A stretch of DNA of 64,000 nt from Planktothrix sp. GU0601_MAG3. Lineage in GTDB: Bacteria > Cyanobacteriota > Cyanobacteriia > Cyanobacteriales > Microcoleaceae. The notes under the pieces were generated by a model, which worked only from the letters and a program-made list of their open reading frames with translations, was not told the origin of the DNA and did no database searches. Position numbers and translations under genes: made by a program. The DNA lies in NCBI GenBank assembly GCA_035193785.1, contig CP136572.1, positions 5,108,578 to 5,172,577 of the forward strand, written 5' to 3'. This document shows, one piece after another, positions 1 through 11,703 of this stretch (position 1 is the first letter of the stretch; each line of letters opens with the position of its first letter).

Positions 1-1577
1 TACCGATCGCAAAGGAGATATTCTAGCTTTAGATCAGCGAGTTTATACCCTTTATGTTCACCCTAAACTCTTTAAACAAACTCCTAGTGAAATTGCTGAA
101 AAGTTAGCTCCTGTAATATTGCGAGAAGATTCAACCACCCCACTCAAGAGCGAACTTTTAACACTATTTGGTACATCTCCTAGTGGAATTAAAGTTGCGG
201 ATTCAATCTCCGAACAAGTAGCAAATCGAATTAATAATTTAGGCTTAGACGGATTAGAACTATTAGAAAGTCGTCAACGACTTTATCCGCAACAGGAAAA
301 CACCGCAGATGTTGTGGGTCATGTCAATCTTGAAGGTAAAGGTCAAGCGGGAATTGAATATAGTCAGGAAAATTTACTAGAACGCACCATGCCCTCCTTG
401 TCCTTTCAACGGGCTGCTAATGGTGCTTGGGTTCCTGAACAAATCGCTACGGGATTTATCCCCATTGATGATTTAGAATTAAGGCTAACGATTGACTCCT
501 CCCTACAACGAGTTGCCCATCAAGCCCTCCAGAAAAGCATTAAAGAATACAAAGCCAAACGGGGAACGGTGATTGTCATGGATGCCACCGATGGCTCCGT
601 ACTCACCCTAGCCAATGAACCGACCTATAATCCAAATCAATACTATAAATTTGACTTAGAACGGTTTAAAAATTGGGCCTTAACGGATCTTTATGAACCC
701 GGTTCAACCTTCAAACCCATTAACGTTGCTTTAGCCTTAGAAGCAGGAGTAATTCAACCAGATACTGCTGTTAGTGATGAAGGTCGCATTCAAGTTGGAG
801 GTTGGCCGATTCAAAATGCCGATGGTTCCGCTAGGGGCGAAATTAATATCAGCGATGTGGTCAAATATTCTAGTAACGTGGGCATGGTGCGAATTATGCA
901 ACGGATGGAGCCGGAGGTATTTTATGAAGGCTTAAAACGTTTGGGTTTGGGAACAACCATGGGTATTGATTTACCCTTTGCCGCCACCAGTACCCTAAAA
1001 TCCAAAGAACAATTTGTTTCCGCCGCCATTGAACCAGCTACCACAGCTTTTGGCCAAGGATTTTCTATCACTCCCATTCAGTTAGCCCAACTCCATAGTC
1101 TTTTAGCCAATGGCGGTAAACTGGTGACTCCCCACGTTATTCAAGGGTTATACAACAGCAAAAGCCAACTGTATTGGAAATTGCCCCTGGGTGAAACCCG
1201 AACAAGTGTTCTCCTCTGAAACAGCCAATTCCGTTTTAAAGATGATGGAAACCGTTGTCAAAGAAGGAGGAACCGGAACCCGGGCGGCCATAGACGGTTA
1301 TCGGGTGGCTGGAAAGACCGGGACGGCTCAAAAAGCATCGGCGGATGGAGGCTATTCTTCCAACGCCCTAATTACCAGTTTTGTCGGAATTTTAAGTGTT
1401 GACCATCCCCGTTATGTGGTGGTGGCGGTCGTGGATGAACCCTTGGAGGGCCGCGCCGGGGGCATTGTGACGGCACCCATTGTGAAATCGGTTATGGAAG
1501 CCTTAATTCATCTGGAAAAACTTCCCCCCTCAGATATTCCGGCTCCCAATGCTTCGGAAACTCCCCCCGAGCATTAA
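1..1577 (+). CDS. ftsI: Class B penicillin-binding protein (FtsI/PBP2 family), 5' end outside window; +1 frameshift near 1195
   Basis: YEPGSTFKP (SxxK), SSN (SxN) and KTGTAQK motifs. ORFs 119-1219 and 1191-1577 join if one A is removed from GAAAC. Confidence 0.85.
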
Positions 1578-1710
1578 AGAATAAATACCAATCTGTTGAT
1601 TAACTCCAAGGTTCTACGATGTTTAGGGTTGACCAATCACAGATCAACTCTTACACTGATAACTGATTACTGATAACTAATTACTGATTCAAGGGTTTAG
1701 GAGGGCTGCT

Positions 1711-2664
1711 GTGCCAACAAACCAAGACCAAAGGATCTTTGCTATCTTCATGGAAGAGGCGGAGGAGCGTCTCGAAACCCTGCAAATGGGGGTGACAAAG
1801 CTCCCCGCAATTATGGCTGATCCAGACAGGGAAGAAGTAGCCTCTATCTATCGGGCTGCTCACTCTATTAAGGGGGCGGCGGCGATGTTAATGGAGAATA
1901 TGCCCAGTCTTGCCAGTATTAATAAGGTGTCTAAACGCCTAGAAGATTGTTTTAAACTGGTTAAGGACACACCGTTAAAAATTGATGCCACAACTCAAAA
2001 CCTTTATAGTAAGGGGTTTGAGGTATTGAAAAATTTAATTGATCGAGCAGCTAGTCCCGCCGGACTTTCAGAAGAAATAGGGGAGAAAATTCTCAAGGCT
2101 TCTCTACCTGTGTATGATAAGTTGGAAAACCACTTGAAGGACTTGCTCAGTGGTAAGGTGGCTGTGGCAACTCCAACGGCTGTAACTCCAACGGCAACAG
2201 CAACGCCTGCGGTTGCCAATGCGGCTAATCAAGTGATGACGGTACTCAAACCGATGTTACAAGGGTTTAAACAGGCGGAATCCCCGGAAACTCGTAAACA
2301 ATTGGCGGGTTTATGCGCTCGATTAACGAAAATTGGAGTAGGAATTGAACCTTGGCAAACATTAGTGAAAACGGCCCATGGTGCGATCGCCAATCCTAAA
2401 AATTCTTTTAAAGTTTTAGCGACCCCAATTATTAATGAGTTAAAGCAAGGAGCCGAACTCTTACAGGCGGGAAAAGCCAGTAGCATTGCCCCCAGTGCCG
2501 GGTTATTATCCTTGGCGGGTGCCAAAGCCGCCGCTAAACCCGCCGCTCAAGAAATCACAATTCCGGCTGATCCGAAAGAAGTGGTAAAAGTGCTATTAAA
2601 AACCTTTAATAAACAACAATTACAAGCGATCGCTCAGTTGTTAATTAAGCACATTAAATCCTAA
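1711..2664 (+). CDS. Stand-alone CheA-like Hpt domain protein
   Basis: N-terminal FMEEAEERL and YRAAHSIKGAA phospho-His motif, followed by an Ala/Thr/Pro linker. No kinase domain. Confidence 0.8.
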   Translation: MPTNQDQRIFAIFMEEAEERLETLQMGVTKLPAIMADPDREEVASIYRAAHSIKGAAAMLMENMPSLASINKVSKRLEDCFKLVKDTPLKIDATTQNLYSKGFEVLKNLIDRAASPAGLSEEIGEKILKASLPVYDKLENHLKDLLSGKVAVATPTAVTPTATATPAVANAANQVMTVLKPMLQGFKQAESPETRKQLAGLCARLTKIGVGIEPWQTLVKTAHGAIANPKNSFKVLATPIINELKQGAELLQAGKASSIAPSAGLLSLAGAKAAAKPAAQEITIPADPKEVVKVLLKTFNKQQLQAIAQLLIKHIKS

Positions 2665-2677
2665 AATCATTAAAAAT

Positions 2678-3410
2678 TTACTCAGCTTGAGGATATTCTT
2701 CCCATAAAGAGGTTGTGGTTCTTAAACTCAGATAATTCCCATTTCCCAAAATAATATGATCTAAAATCGGGATAGACAAAAATTGCGCCCCTTGCAGTAA
2801 TTGGCGAGTTAAATTAATATCCTCTGAACTGGGTTCGACATTCCCCGATGGGTGGTTATGGGAAACAATCACCCGGGTTGCGCCACTTTTTAATGCTTCT
2901 CTGAAAATATCCCGGGGATGGGCGATGGTTTCCGTTGCCGTCCCAATGGTAATCACTTGAGTTCCTAAAAGACGGTGTTTAACGTCTAATAGCAACACCG
3001 CAAAGCGTTCTTGGGGTTGCCACATCAAATCATGGCTTAGGGCGTCTGCGGCGGCTTGGGGGGTCTCAATTACGGATAAATCGGGGGGTTTAGACTGAAA
3101 AACCCGTTTTCCCAACTCAACGGCCGCTAAAATTGTCGTCGCTTTCGCTGGCCCAATACCGTGAATTTGAGTTAATTCGTGAACCCCAATATCTCGCAAT
3201 ACCGCTAAGGGATCTCGTTGATGTTGACTTAACTGATTTAAGATATATTGTCCTAAACCAACGGCGGATAATTTTCCCTTTCCCTGACCTGTTTCCTAAC
3301 AGAATTGCGATCAATTCAGCCGTGGCTAAATTTCTGGAACCAATGGCCATTAGTCGTTCCCGGGGACGCTCATCACTGGGTAAATCGGCAATTCTCAGGC
3401 TATAGGTCAT
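2678..3410 (-). CDS. radC: RadC family JAB-domain protein; frameshift near 3293
   Basis: ERPRERL N-terminus, HhH GIGPAKA, and HNHPSG...S..D JAB motif. Confidence 0.9.
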
Positions 3411-3575
3411 TTGGGTTACACCCCACAACGCGGTATTTATGGTATTAAATTTTACCCAATTTCTCCCATAATTTCAAGTTAAATCGGACTTTAACTCCCC
3501 AGGGGTTAGATGTCTATATCAAATTAGTCTCAGTAATTTTAATTCTAGCGGGTAACAAAAATTCACTTTAACACC

Positions 3576-4419
3576 TCAAGTGATTTCCACCACCTCAACA
3601 GAATCTCCGACCCGAATTGTCCCGGTATTCCTGGGAATAATATTCATACCAAACATCACGCCGCGGGGTTGTTGTCGGAAGGTGGCTAGGGTTTTTAAAG
3701 GTTTCTGTTAATGGGTTACGCTCTCCACTCTTTTGATCGGTTGTTGTTACAATACAACGGCTACAGGGTTTTACTAAATCAAAATAAACCTCTCCAATTA
3801 AAATTACTTTCCATTGATCTTCAATAAAAGGTTGATCGGTATCAATCACAAGATTAGGTCTAAATCTATTCATCGGAATCTCCTGTGATGATATGGAATA
3901 GATTTCTGTGAGTTTTCGGTTTAATTCATTTAAGGAAGCGGTATTAGTTAATAAACAGGGATAACCGTCGGCAAAACTCACTTGATTATTAATATTAACG
4001 GCATAATTAGGATCAACAGATCGAATAAAATCAGGAGATTGTCGCATTAATCTAAACGGGGATTGATCATCAAGTTTTAAAGCACTTTTTAACCAAATAG
4101 CAACTTCATCCCCTTGATCAATCGCAACGGTTTCATCTCTCCAAACTTGTACGGTTTTGGAAGTTCCCGTTAATATAGGTTGCAACTGAAAAGGTTCAAT
4201 ATTTTGATCATCAACGGATAATTCTATTAATTCTCCTAACAGTTGAACTCGAACTTTTGCCAATTGAGGATAAGTTCTCTGGGTGATAAACTGACCAGAT
4301 TGATCAACCCACATAAACTCCCGATCCCAGTCTAACCCTTTCAGGGTGACTTCCCCTTGGTTTAGGGCAATTTTGCCACAGGATTTAATCGGATAGATAA
4401 ACAATTCAACCAGATTCAT
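3576..4419 (-). CDS. MOSC domain protein (YcbX/mARC-like); frameshift near 3702
   Basis: IYPIKSC, DREFM, FADGYP, RFRPN and KPCSRC motifs. The repaired C-terminus reads GVMFGMNIIPRNTGTIRVGD. Confidence 0.85.
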
Positions 4420-4733
4420 TAATTATATCTCCACAATAAACTGATTATATCCCTTTCTTATGTTACTGAAATTGCTGGTAATAACACTGAGAAAATCTAT
4501 CCCTGTTGTTTGGATTTTAAATTTTAATAAAAATGATCAGTATTTTTGCTGGCGTTTAGATATTTCAAGTAGGTTACTAAAATTAAAAATACCTATACAA
4601 TCAGGCTTTAAGCTCCTCGACAAAGACCTTATAAATTAAGCCACTTTCAACATCATATCTTTAACACCAATCCACTATAGTGTATTTATCGAAAATAAAA
4701 AAGCCCTAACCAGAACCACCCAGGAGTAAACTT

Positions 4734-5598
4734 ATGAAAACTTCAACACTGAAAAAATTAATTAGAACGACATTGGCCAGTCTTTGTTTAGTATCTGTAA
4801 ATGGTCTTCCGGCGATGGCTGGACAACTTCACAATGGATGGAATTATGGAATTGATTCCTTTACCGATGGCTCTGACAGTGAAGCCTATAATATTAGAGG
4901 AATTGCGATTAAAGAAACCAGCGATAGTGTTTTTGTTGCTCTCACAGGTGGAACACCGATAACGGGTGTGTCTAATTCGGGGGCGGCTGATGGAAATATT
5001 GGTTGGGGAGATTTATTCTTAAATTTCACGGGTAAAAACTTTACAACCGCTAGTAATCAAAAAAGCCTATTAGGAGTTCGTTTTGCGGGAAACCAATGAC
5101 TCCCAAGTTACCACCACCGGACTATATGGAAATGTCGAAGGTGCTAGTGTTACCGGAGTAAATCATGGCTATAGCAGCTTAAAACAGTATTACGATTATG
5201 GATGGGGTCAAACTAATACCCAAGGTACTGACATTGCTACAAAAGCGGCTGCTTACAATTATTTCGGTCAAGGAACAATCCTGAATGTGATTGATTCAGA
5301 GGCCACCAAATTAGGTGGTATTCAAAATCTGTCCGTCGCCGCCTTAACGGGTCAAGGACTTGATTTTGGATTCTTCAAAGCCAATGGAACACAAACCCTT
5401 GGTTTTAGCTTCAATAAAGCCGATTTAGGACTCGCCGATGGCAACTATAACTATATGGCTAGTCTGTCCATAGAATGTGGTAATGATGGCGTTGCTCTCG
5501 CCGGTGGAGTTTCTGTTCCTGAACCCGGTAGTCTGGCTGGTTTAGGGTTGGTTGGTTTAACTGTACTGGGTAGCAAACTGCGGAAACGTCAATCTTAA
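4734..5598 (+). CDS. PEP-CTERM exosortase-target surface protein; frameshift near 5090
   Basis: Signal peptide at the N-terminus. C-terminal VPEP followed by a hydrophobic helix and a basic tail (KLRKRQS). Confidence 0.85.
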
Positions 5599-5770
5599 TC
5601 TATAGTGCCAGGGAACAGGCAACAGGCAACAGTGGGTTATGAGCAGGTTACAAGGTTTATGATTGTCAAACACCTTAATTAATTGGTAGTGCTATATCAA
5701 AATAGAGGTTGATAGTTGGGTTAATTAGGGTGCAGCTTTGATGCTTTCAATTGATATCAATAAAAAACAC

Positions 5771-5806
5771 TTAAGAGGCTATTCCTAATCAGGAATAACC
5801 TCTTAA
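5771..5806. terminator. Probable bidirectional terminator hairpin
   Basis: TTAAGAGGCTATTCCT-aatc-AGGAATAACCTCTTAA inverted repeat between convergent genes. Confidence 0.6.
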
Positions 5807-5844
5807 ACTTTAAATAGGCAATAATTTTAAAAAACCGTTAGCAA

Positions 5845-6400
5845 TCAAGCATTACCCAGGGTGGGAATCTCAACGGAAACCCGAACCTCGATTCTGAAAA
5901 CTGGGTAAATCTAAGCCACTGGGACGGCGACTTTTTTGGGCTAAACGATAGCTGACACTTTGTAATTCCGCATGAAGTTGTTTATTTTCCCGTTGGAGTA
6001 ATTCAACTTTTTCCATCACTTCATTTAGACGTTCTGAGAACTTCTGACGGTATACTCCGGGTAACTCCTGAACGACCTGTTCCAACATTCGAGAACGGTC
6101 TGTTAACTCCTCCACTGACTGTCTGAGTTGATAGGTTTCCGTATCTCGTTCGGCTATTTGTCCTTGATAAAACTTAACTTGCTGCTCCATCTCTTGCAGT
6201 TGTTCCCGCAAGGCCACCATTTGAACTTGATGACGTTCAGAAACCTCCGGGCTTGGTAATAAGTTAGCATCCCCTTTCACCAAACGGAAAAGTTCCTGAG
6301 ATAACTGTTGAATCAACTGCTCCCGCATTTGTAGCTCCTCGTTTAAACGAGCAACTTCAGCGTTTAACTCTTGTGGCGTTTGACTTTTAGCTTGGCTCAC
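5845..6400 (-). CDS. Conserved cyanobacterial coiled-coil protein (Npun_F5560-like); probable frameshift near 5878
   Basis: Heptad-rich, with LSQELFRLVKG and QELPGVYRQKF motifs. The repaired end reads SVEIPTLGNA*. Confidence 0.65.
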
Positions 6401-6505
6401 GATGACTAACGGCTCCTATAAATTTATTCTGTATATTTACTCTTAAAATACTCTTACTATCCCGAATCGGCAAGAGTGAAAAGAACGGAGTAGAGGAAGA
6501 ACACA

Positions 6506-6533
6506 GTAGAGACTTTCCATGGAACATCTCTAC
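6506..6533. repeat. REP-like palindrome (GTAGAGAC...TCTCTAC family)
   Basis: gtagagactttccatggaacatctctac, with relatives at 7846, 22427 and 51392. Confidence 0.6.
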
Positions 6534-6556
6534 TACTCTCCCCCTGTTTCCTGAAT

Positions 6557-6904
6557 CTATTCAGCCTCTTGAGATTCGGGTTCCGCTTCCGTGGCTTCGA
6601 CGGGTTCGACCGTTACTTCTTCCTTGATAGTCAGATAACGAATTACTTCTTCGCTAATTCGCATAGCTCTTTCTAGGACAGCAATCTGGGCTCCTGGGCC
6701 TTCATAATTCATCTGGACGTAAACGCCTTCCCGATGCTTGTCAATATCATAGGCCAGACGACGTTTACCCCGATTTTGAATTTTGATATTCTGTCCGCCT
6801 TGGTCTTTGAGAATGTTTTCGTATTTGCCAATAGACTGCCCGACTTGCTCATCGTTGAGGTCAGGGCGCAGAATATACATCGTTTCGTAAATAAAAGGCT
6901 TCAT
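6557..6904 (-). CDS. rpsF: 30S ribosomal protein S6
   Basis: [11 protein letters not shown] and GKRRLAYDI motifs. Confidence 0.97.
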   Translation of the reverse strand: MKPFIYETMYILRPDLNDEQVGQSIGKYENILKDQGGQNIKIQNRGKRRLAYDIDKHREGVYVQMNYEGPGAQIAVLERAMRISEEVIRYLTIKEEVTVEPVEATEAEPESQEAE

Positions 6905-7104
6905 GCGGTTATTCTCCTTGTGGACAACTGGGCTCCTGGATTCAGAAGCAAGGATCTTTGATTGTATCAGGTTTAGGGTGACAATTCACGTTAATAGTAA
7001 TCGCGCAACCCACAATTAGGACATCAACGGATACTCAAACCCAGAGGGTAAAGTTTTTTTTCCTGTTCCCCGTTCCCCGTTTCCGGTGTTCCCTATTCCC
7101 AATC

Positions 7105-7140
7105 CGTAATTCGTAATTCGTAATTCGTAATTCGTAATTC
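7105..7140. repeat. Heptamer tandem repeat (CGTAATT)n, STRR-type
   Basis: About 5 consecutive copies directly after the Tic20 stop codon. Confidence 0.85.
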
Positions 7141-7144
7141 CCTA

Positions 7145-7621
7145 TTACCTAACTTGCATATAAACAGCATCAGAAATTGTGGGAATTTCTGCATATTTCC
7201 CAGATAAAGACTGAATCACAGAATAGAAAAATACCGCTAAAAGCCCCAGGAATATCATGTTGTATAGGGTTTCGCCGACAAATCCTTGTAAAAGAACATT
7301 GCCGAATACCTGGAACACTAACGTGCATAAAATCAGCACAATGTCAATCAAAATGGCTTGCATGGTATTAAATCGAATGAAATGGGGAATATTTTCATTG
7401 CGAACCACTAACATATATAACCCTAGGAACACAACAAATCCCGCAAAAGGAATGTATTGATAAAGGAAAATCAAAGGAATAACAGGCAATGTAATAATTT
7501 GTAAAACTGGAAACTGTTGGAATAAAAAGCGTCCAAAGGGCAACCCATCCATTAAAGGCAGTAGATAGGGTAAGGCGGCAAAAATGCGATCGCGTACTGT
7601 CGTGGTTCCGCGCCAAGTCAT
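7145..7621 (-). CDS. Tic20/Ycf60 family membrane protein
   Basis: DRIFAALPYLLP, HFIRFNTMQA and YAEIPTISDAV motifs; four hydrophobic segments. Confidence 0.9.
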   Translation of the reverse strand: MTWRGTTTVRDRIFAALPYLLPLMDGLPFGRFLFQQFPVLQIITLPVIPLIFLYQYIPFAGFVVFLGLYMLVVRNENIPHFIRFNTMQAILIDIVLILCTLVFQVFGNVLLQGFVGETLYNMIFLGLLAVFFYSVIQSLSGKYAEIPTISDAVYMQVR

Positions 7622-7693
7622 AACCAATTCTCCTGAGTATCTCTTAAACCCAGGATAGCGCAGTCCCAGATATTCGGTGTTAGTTGGTTGTTA

Positions 7694-7836
7694 GGGAATG
7701 GGTTTTGGGTAATGGGTAATGGGTAATGGGTAATGGGTAATGGGTAATGGGTTTTGGGTAATGGGTTTTGGGTAATGGGTTTTGGGTAATGGGTTTTGGG
7801 TTTTGGGTAATGGGTAATGGGTAATGGGTTTTGGGT
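7694..7836. repeat. Heptamer tandem array (GGGTAAT/GGGTTTT)n, STRR-type
   Basis: About 20 G3-containing 7-mers seen directly in the sequence. Confidence 0.9.
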
Positions 7837-7931
7837 ACAGATTTAGTAGAGACGTGCCCGGGCGTGGGCGATGCCGAAGGCTATTAGAGCGTCTATACAA
7901 CTCTACTACAAGTGTAATGCGTAGCACTATG

Positions 7932-8129
7932 TCATTGAACATTAGCGATGCGGAAGCCCATCTGACATTCATACTGACTCGGTTGATTGTTGATGGAGGG
8001 ACGAACCAAATGGCCACAGGACAACTGCCCCCCTCTCCAACGAGGTTGACCGCTTTGGTCGGCTAATAAACATCCCTGACAAACCTGTTCTGAAGCAAGT
8101 ACCTGGTTATCCATCAAAATGACTAGCAT
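7932..8129 (-). CDS. Small conserved cyanobacterial Cys-containing protein
   Basis: MLVILMD start, CQGCLLADQSGQPRW and YECQMGFRIA. CxxC plus two more Cys residues. Confidence 0.7.
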   Translation of the reverse strand: MLVILMDNQVLASEQVCQGCLLADQSGQPRWRGGQLSCGHLVRPSINNQPSQYECQMGFRIANVQ

Positions 8130-8324
8130 AATGATTCCTCCGACAGACACCCAATTATATTTCTATTCTAAGCCAATATTGGTAAGGGCTTGAGCTAAAT
8201 GAGTCACAACTTAATACAATTTGGGAATCAACCATCAGCACAGTAAAGTTATGATGGAAAATCAGGGATAATCCTAATCCGTTTGCATCGGTGATCAAAT
8301 TGTGTCATTAAGAGGAATTTTATT

Positions 8325-9609
8325 GTGAGTCGGACTAATTTAGAAATCTTATCTGAAACTGATCCCGCCATTGCCGATCTAATTCAGCATGAACTCTATC
8401 GTCAACGGGAACACCTAGAATTAATTGCCAGTGAAAATTTTACCTCGGCGGCGGTCATGGCTGCCCAGGGGTCGATTCTCACCAATAAATACGCCGAAGG
8501 ACTCCCCAAAAAACGCTATTACGGCGGTTGTGAATTTGTCGATGGCATCGAACAATTGGCCATTGATCGCGCCAAACAACTGTTCGGGGCCGCCAGTGCC
8601 AATGTTCAACCCCATTCCGGCGCCCAAGCTAACTTTGCCGTCTTTTTAGCGATGCTGAAACCCGGTGACACGATCATGGGGATGGACTTATCCCATGGGG
8701 GACATTTAACCCATGGTTCTCCTGTAAATGTCTCCGGTAAGTGGTTTAAAGCTTGTCATTATGGCGTTAGTCCAGAAACCGAACAACTCGACTATGACTT
8801 AATTTTAGAACTGGCTAAACAGCATAAACCCCAAATGCTGATTTGCGGGTATTCTGCCTATTCTCGAATTATTGATTTTGAGAAATTCCGCGCCATTGCC
8901 GATGAAGTCGGGGCCTACTTAATGGCCGATATTGCCCATATTGCCGGGTTAGTGGCAACGGGTCATCATCCTAACCCAATTCCCCACTGCGATGTGGTCA
9001 CCACCACGACTCACAAAACCTTGAGAGGGCCAAGGGGCGGGTTGATTTTAAGCCGGGATGCCGAACTGGGCAAAAAATTTGATAAAGCTGTTTTCCCTGG
9101 CAGTCAAGGTGGCCCCCTAGAACACGTTGTTGCTGGCAAAGCTGTTGCTTTTGGTGAAGCCCTGAAACCAGAATTTTCTACCTATTCTGGTCAAGTTATT
9201 GCTAATGCTAAGGCTTTAGCAACTCAGTTACAAAACCGAGGCTTAAAAATTGTTTCCGGTGGCACGGATAATCATTTAATGTTGGTGGATTTACGTTCGG
9301 CGAATCTAACTGGAAAACAGGCGGATAAACTGGTTAGTGAAGTTAATATTACGGCGAATAAAAATACGGTTTCCTTTTGATCCTGAATCTCCCTTTGTCA
9401 CCAGTGGTTTACGCTTGGGTACTCCCGCTATGACCACCCGGGGGATGGGAGAAGCGGAATTTATCGAAATTGGAAATATTATTGCCGACCGTCTGCTAAA
9501 CCCCGAAGATGAAGGGATCGGCGAAGCCTGTCGTCAACGGGTAGCAAATTTATGCGATCGCTTTCCCCTATATCCCCATTTGAGTTTAAAAGTTCCGGCT
9601 TTGGCTTAA
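8325..9609 (+). CDS. glyA: Serine hydroxymethyltransferase; frameshift near 9370
   Basis: [26 protein letters not shown] and repaired [21 protein letters not shown]. Confidence 0.97.
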
Positions 9610-9651
9610 TAGGATTTCAACGGATTGATTAATTGTTGTTTTTTCAAAGTT

Positions 9652-9697
9652 AGCGATCGCTCTTAAATTTATTAAAAGTGCGATCGCTTATTTTTTT
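9652..9697 (+). terminator. Hairpin with two HIP1 sites as its stem, followed by a T-tract
   Basis: AGCGATCGC...GCGATCGCT followed by TATTTTTTT, downstream of glyA. Confidence 0.55.
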
Positions 9698-9806
9698 CTT
9701 AACTTTTTTTTAATGGGTTAGGGATTCAGCCCCTGATTAGGCTTATAATAGAAAAAACGGAAACTATCAGGTGTAGTTTTTCGGTGGCTGAAGCGGAGGA
9801 TACATT

Positions 9807-10517
9807 ATGAAAATCCTATCCACAGCAGTTTTTGGCGCCGCCACAGTGCTTCTACTAGGTTTGGGAGTTACGACTCCAGCCTATTCACAAAATCCTAATG
9901 ATCTTAAACAATTATTAGAAACCCGATTTTGTCCAGGGTGTGATTTGAGAGGAGCTAATTTAAGCGGTGCTCATTTGATTGGTGTAGATTTACGAGATGC
10001 TAATCTTGCCGGGGCAAACTTAGCTAATATCAATTTAGAAGGTGCGGATTTAACCGGAGCCAACTTAACATCTGCAAACCTAGAAGGCGCGTTTTTAAAT
10101 CAGACTGAATTTAATGATGCTAACCTGAGTGGTGCTAACTTAACTAATGCTAATTTGGTTCAAGCTCAATTAGAAGGTGCAAATGTCTTGAATGCCGATT
10201 TAACTGGGACTGAGTTGGCAATTCCTGCCTTGCAGACGGCTAAACTTCCTAGAGGTTCCGCCCAGGATTTAGGAATACCAGAAGAATTAACTATTGGACG
10301 TGATTCTGATAGTTTAGTATTTCCTTTTGGGGGGCCAGAATCCGATCAACCCTTTGCATATAATCAGGAATATTTAGATGCGATGGTGAACCCGAATCTT
10401 CACCCACTTCAACCCATGGAGTCCGATCCTTTTTTCCGCGCAAATGATAATTTTGATCATGGAATGCGAGGAGATGTTCGTCCATCGGGAATAGATGTAT
10501 TAGAGGTCGGTTTTTAA
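9807..10517 (+). CDS. Exported pentapeptide-repeat protein
   Basis: Signal peptide, CPGCDL motif and A(D/N)Lxx repeats. Confidence 0.9.
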   Translation: MKILSTAVFGAATVLLLGLGVTTPAYSQNPNDLKQLLETRFCPGCDLRGANLSGAHLIGVDLRDANLAGANLANINLEGADLTGANLTSANLEGAFLNQTEFNDANLSGANLTNANLVQAQLEGANVLNADLTGTELAIPALQTAKLPRGSAQDLGIPEELTIGRDSDSLVFPFGGPESDQPFAYNQEYLDAMVNPNLHPLQPMESDPFFRANDNFDHGMRGDVRPSGIDVLEVGF

Positions 10518-10669
10518 TCTATGAACCGCATTCGGTGTTGTTGTTTGGCAAAAATTACCGGGACGGGGGAGAAACTCAGAATCGTTTTTTCCCCGTTTGA
10601 ACTTTGCTAGTCAGATAATTTTTCTGTATAATGAACGGAACTGTTTAGTGATGTAAAGTTAGGATAGCC

Positions 10670-11230
10670 GTGACTTCTCCAAGAAATTCATCTCAACAGC
10701 AACCCCAACCCGAAAACCATCCAGCCCTGAGTTCTAGTTATTACACGCTGTTAGGGGTTCATCCCAGTGCTACCCCGATCGAAATTCGGCGAGCCTATCG
10801 GGAACTGAGTAAACTGTATCATCCCGATACGACAACCTTATCAAAAGCGATCGCCACAGCCAAATTTCAGAAACTCAATGAAGCCTACGCCACCCTTTGT
10901 AACCCAGATCGGCGTCAGTCCTATGATCAAAAAATTGGCTATTCTCGATATCATTTGATTCAGGTTCCCACGGACTTAAATCAGCCCTATTCTAAAAGCA
11001 GTCGTTCCAATTCTTCCTCCGCCTATTTAGACCCAACCGATCGTCCCCTTTCCTCTGGAGAAGTTTTTTCCTTATTTCTCATGGGAATAACTTTAATTGG
11101 ATGTGTACTATTAGCAATTATTATTAGTTTAACTCGTTCAAATACGGTTTTACTACCCACTCCAACCCCTGGTTTAATAGTAGCTTTAAATTTTTATCTA
11201 TCCTTACCAATTAAGTTATTTTTGTTTTGA
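10670..11230 (+). CDS. Type III DnaJ-domain membrane protein
   Basis: YYTLLGV...YHPD J-domain and a C-terminal TM segment. Confidence 0.88.
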   Translation: MTSPRNSSQQQPQPENHPALSSSYYTLLGVHPSATPIEIRRAYRELSKLYHPDTTTLSKAIATAKFQKLNEAYATLCNPDRRQSYDQKIGYSRYHLIQVPTDLNQPYSKSSRSNSSSAYLDPTDRPLSSGEVFSLFLMGITLIGCVLLAIIISLTRSNTVLLPTPTPGLIVALNFYLSLPIKLFLF

Positions 11231-11333
11231 ACTCGGATCATTAATCAGAAATAATCCGTTGAATTTGAAAGAAAATTGGTAAAAAATGCTATAATCAATA
11301 CCTAACATAAATTAGCTTTCCTTCCTATTATTT

Positions 11334-11606
11334 ATGACTTTGCCGAGTTCAGATACACCTTTATATAATCATCCCCTACCCGATATTGAAGAATGGTTGC
11401 GCTCTCATGGGGGTGAACAAGATAAAAAAGAACTCCATTATTGGCACATTGGGAACCAAAATTGGACGGCGGATTTGTGGTTAGAAGTTGACCAAATTAC
11501 AGTCCGTTATATTGGTGCTACAACTAACGGCCAAGATATTCAACGTTCCTTTAAATATTCTCTTCCGCGCCGAGATCTTGAAGCTGCTATATTTGGGGGG
11601 CCTTAA
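11334..11606 (+). CDS. DUF3143-like conserved protein
   Basis: TPLYNHPLPDIEEWL and RSFKYSL..DLEAAIFGGP motifs. Confidence 0.75.
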   Translation: MTLPSSDTPLYNHPLPDIEEWLRSHGGEQDKKELHYWHIGNQNWTADLWLEVDQITVRYIGATTNGQDIQRSFKYSLPRRDLEAAIFGGP

Positions 11607-11703
11607 TCAGTTGTCAGTTATCAGTTATCAGTTGTTAATGATTAGTCGTTAATTATTAGTTATTAGTTGTTAGTTAATTGATGACTGCTTAATGATTACC
11701 GAT

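Noticed and set aside
2678..3410. JAB domain as part of a defence system or mobile element
   Set aside because: It is a full-length chromosomal RadC with an HhH region, in a housekeeping context without E1/E2 or cyclase neighbours.
5601..5696. Second MITE after the PEP-CTERM gene
   Set aside because: The TATAG...CTATA ends match over only about 5 bp, too weak to call.
7691..8066. ORFs 7691-8017 and 7824-8066
   Set aside because: They are translations of the STRR array or shadows of the small 7932-8129 gene.
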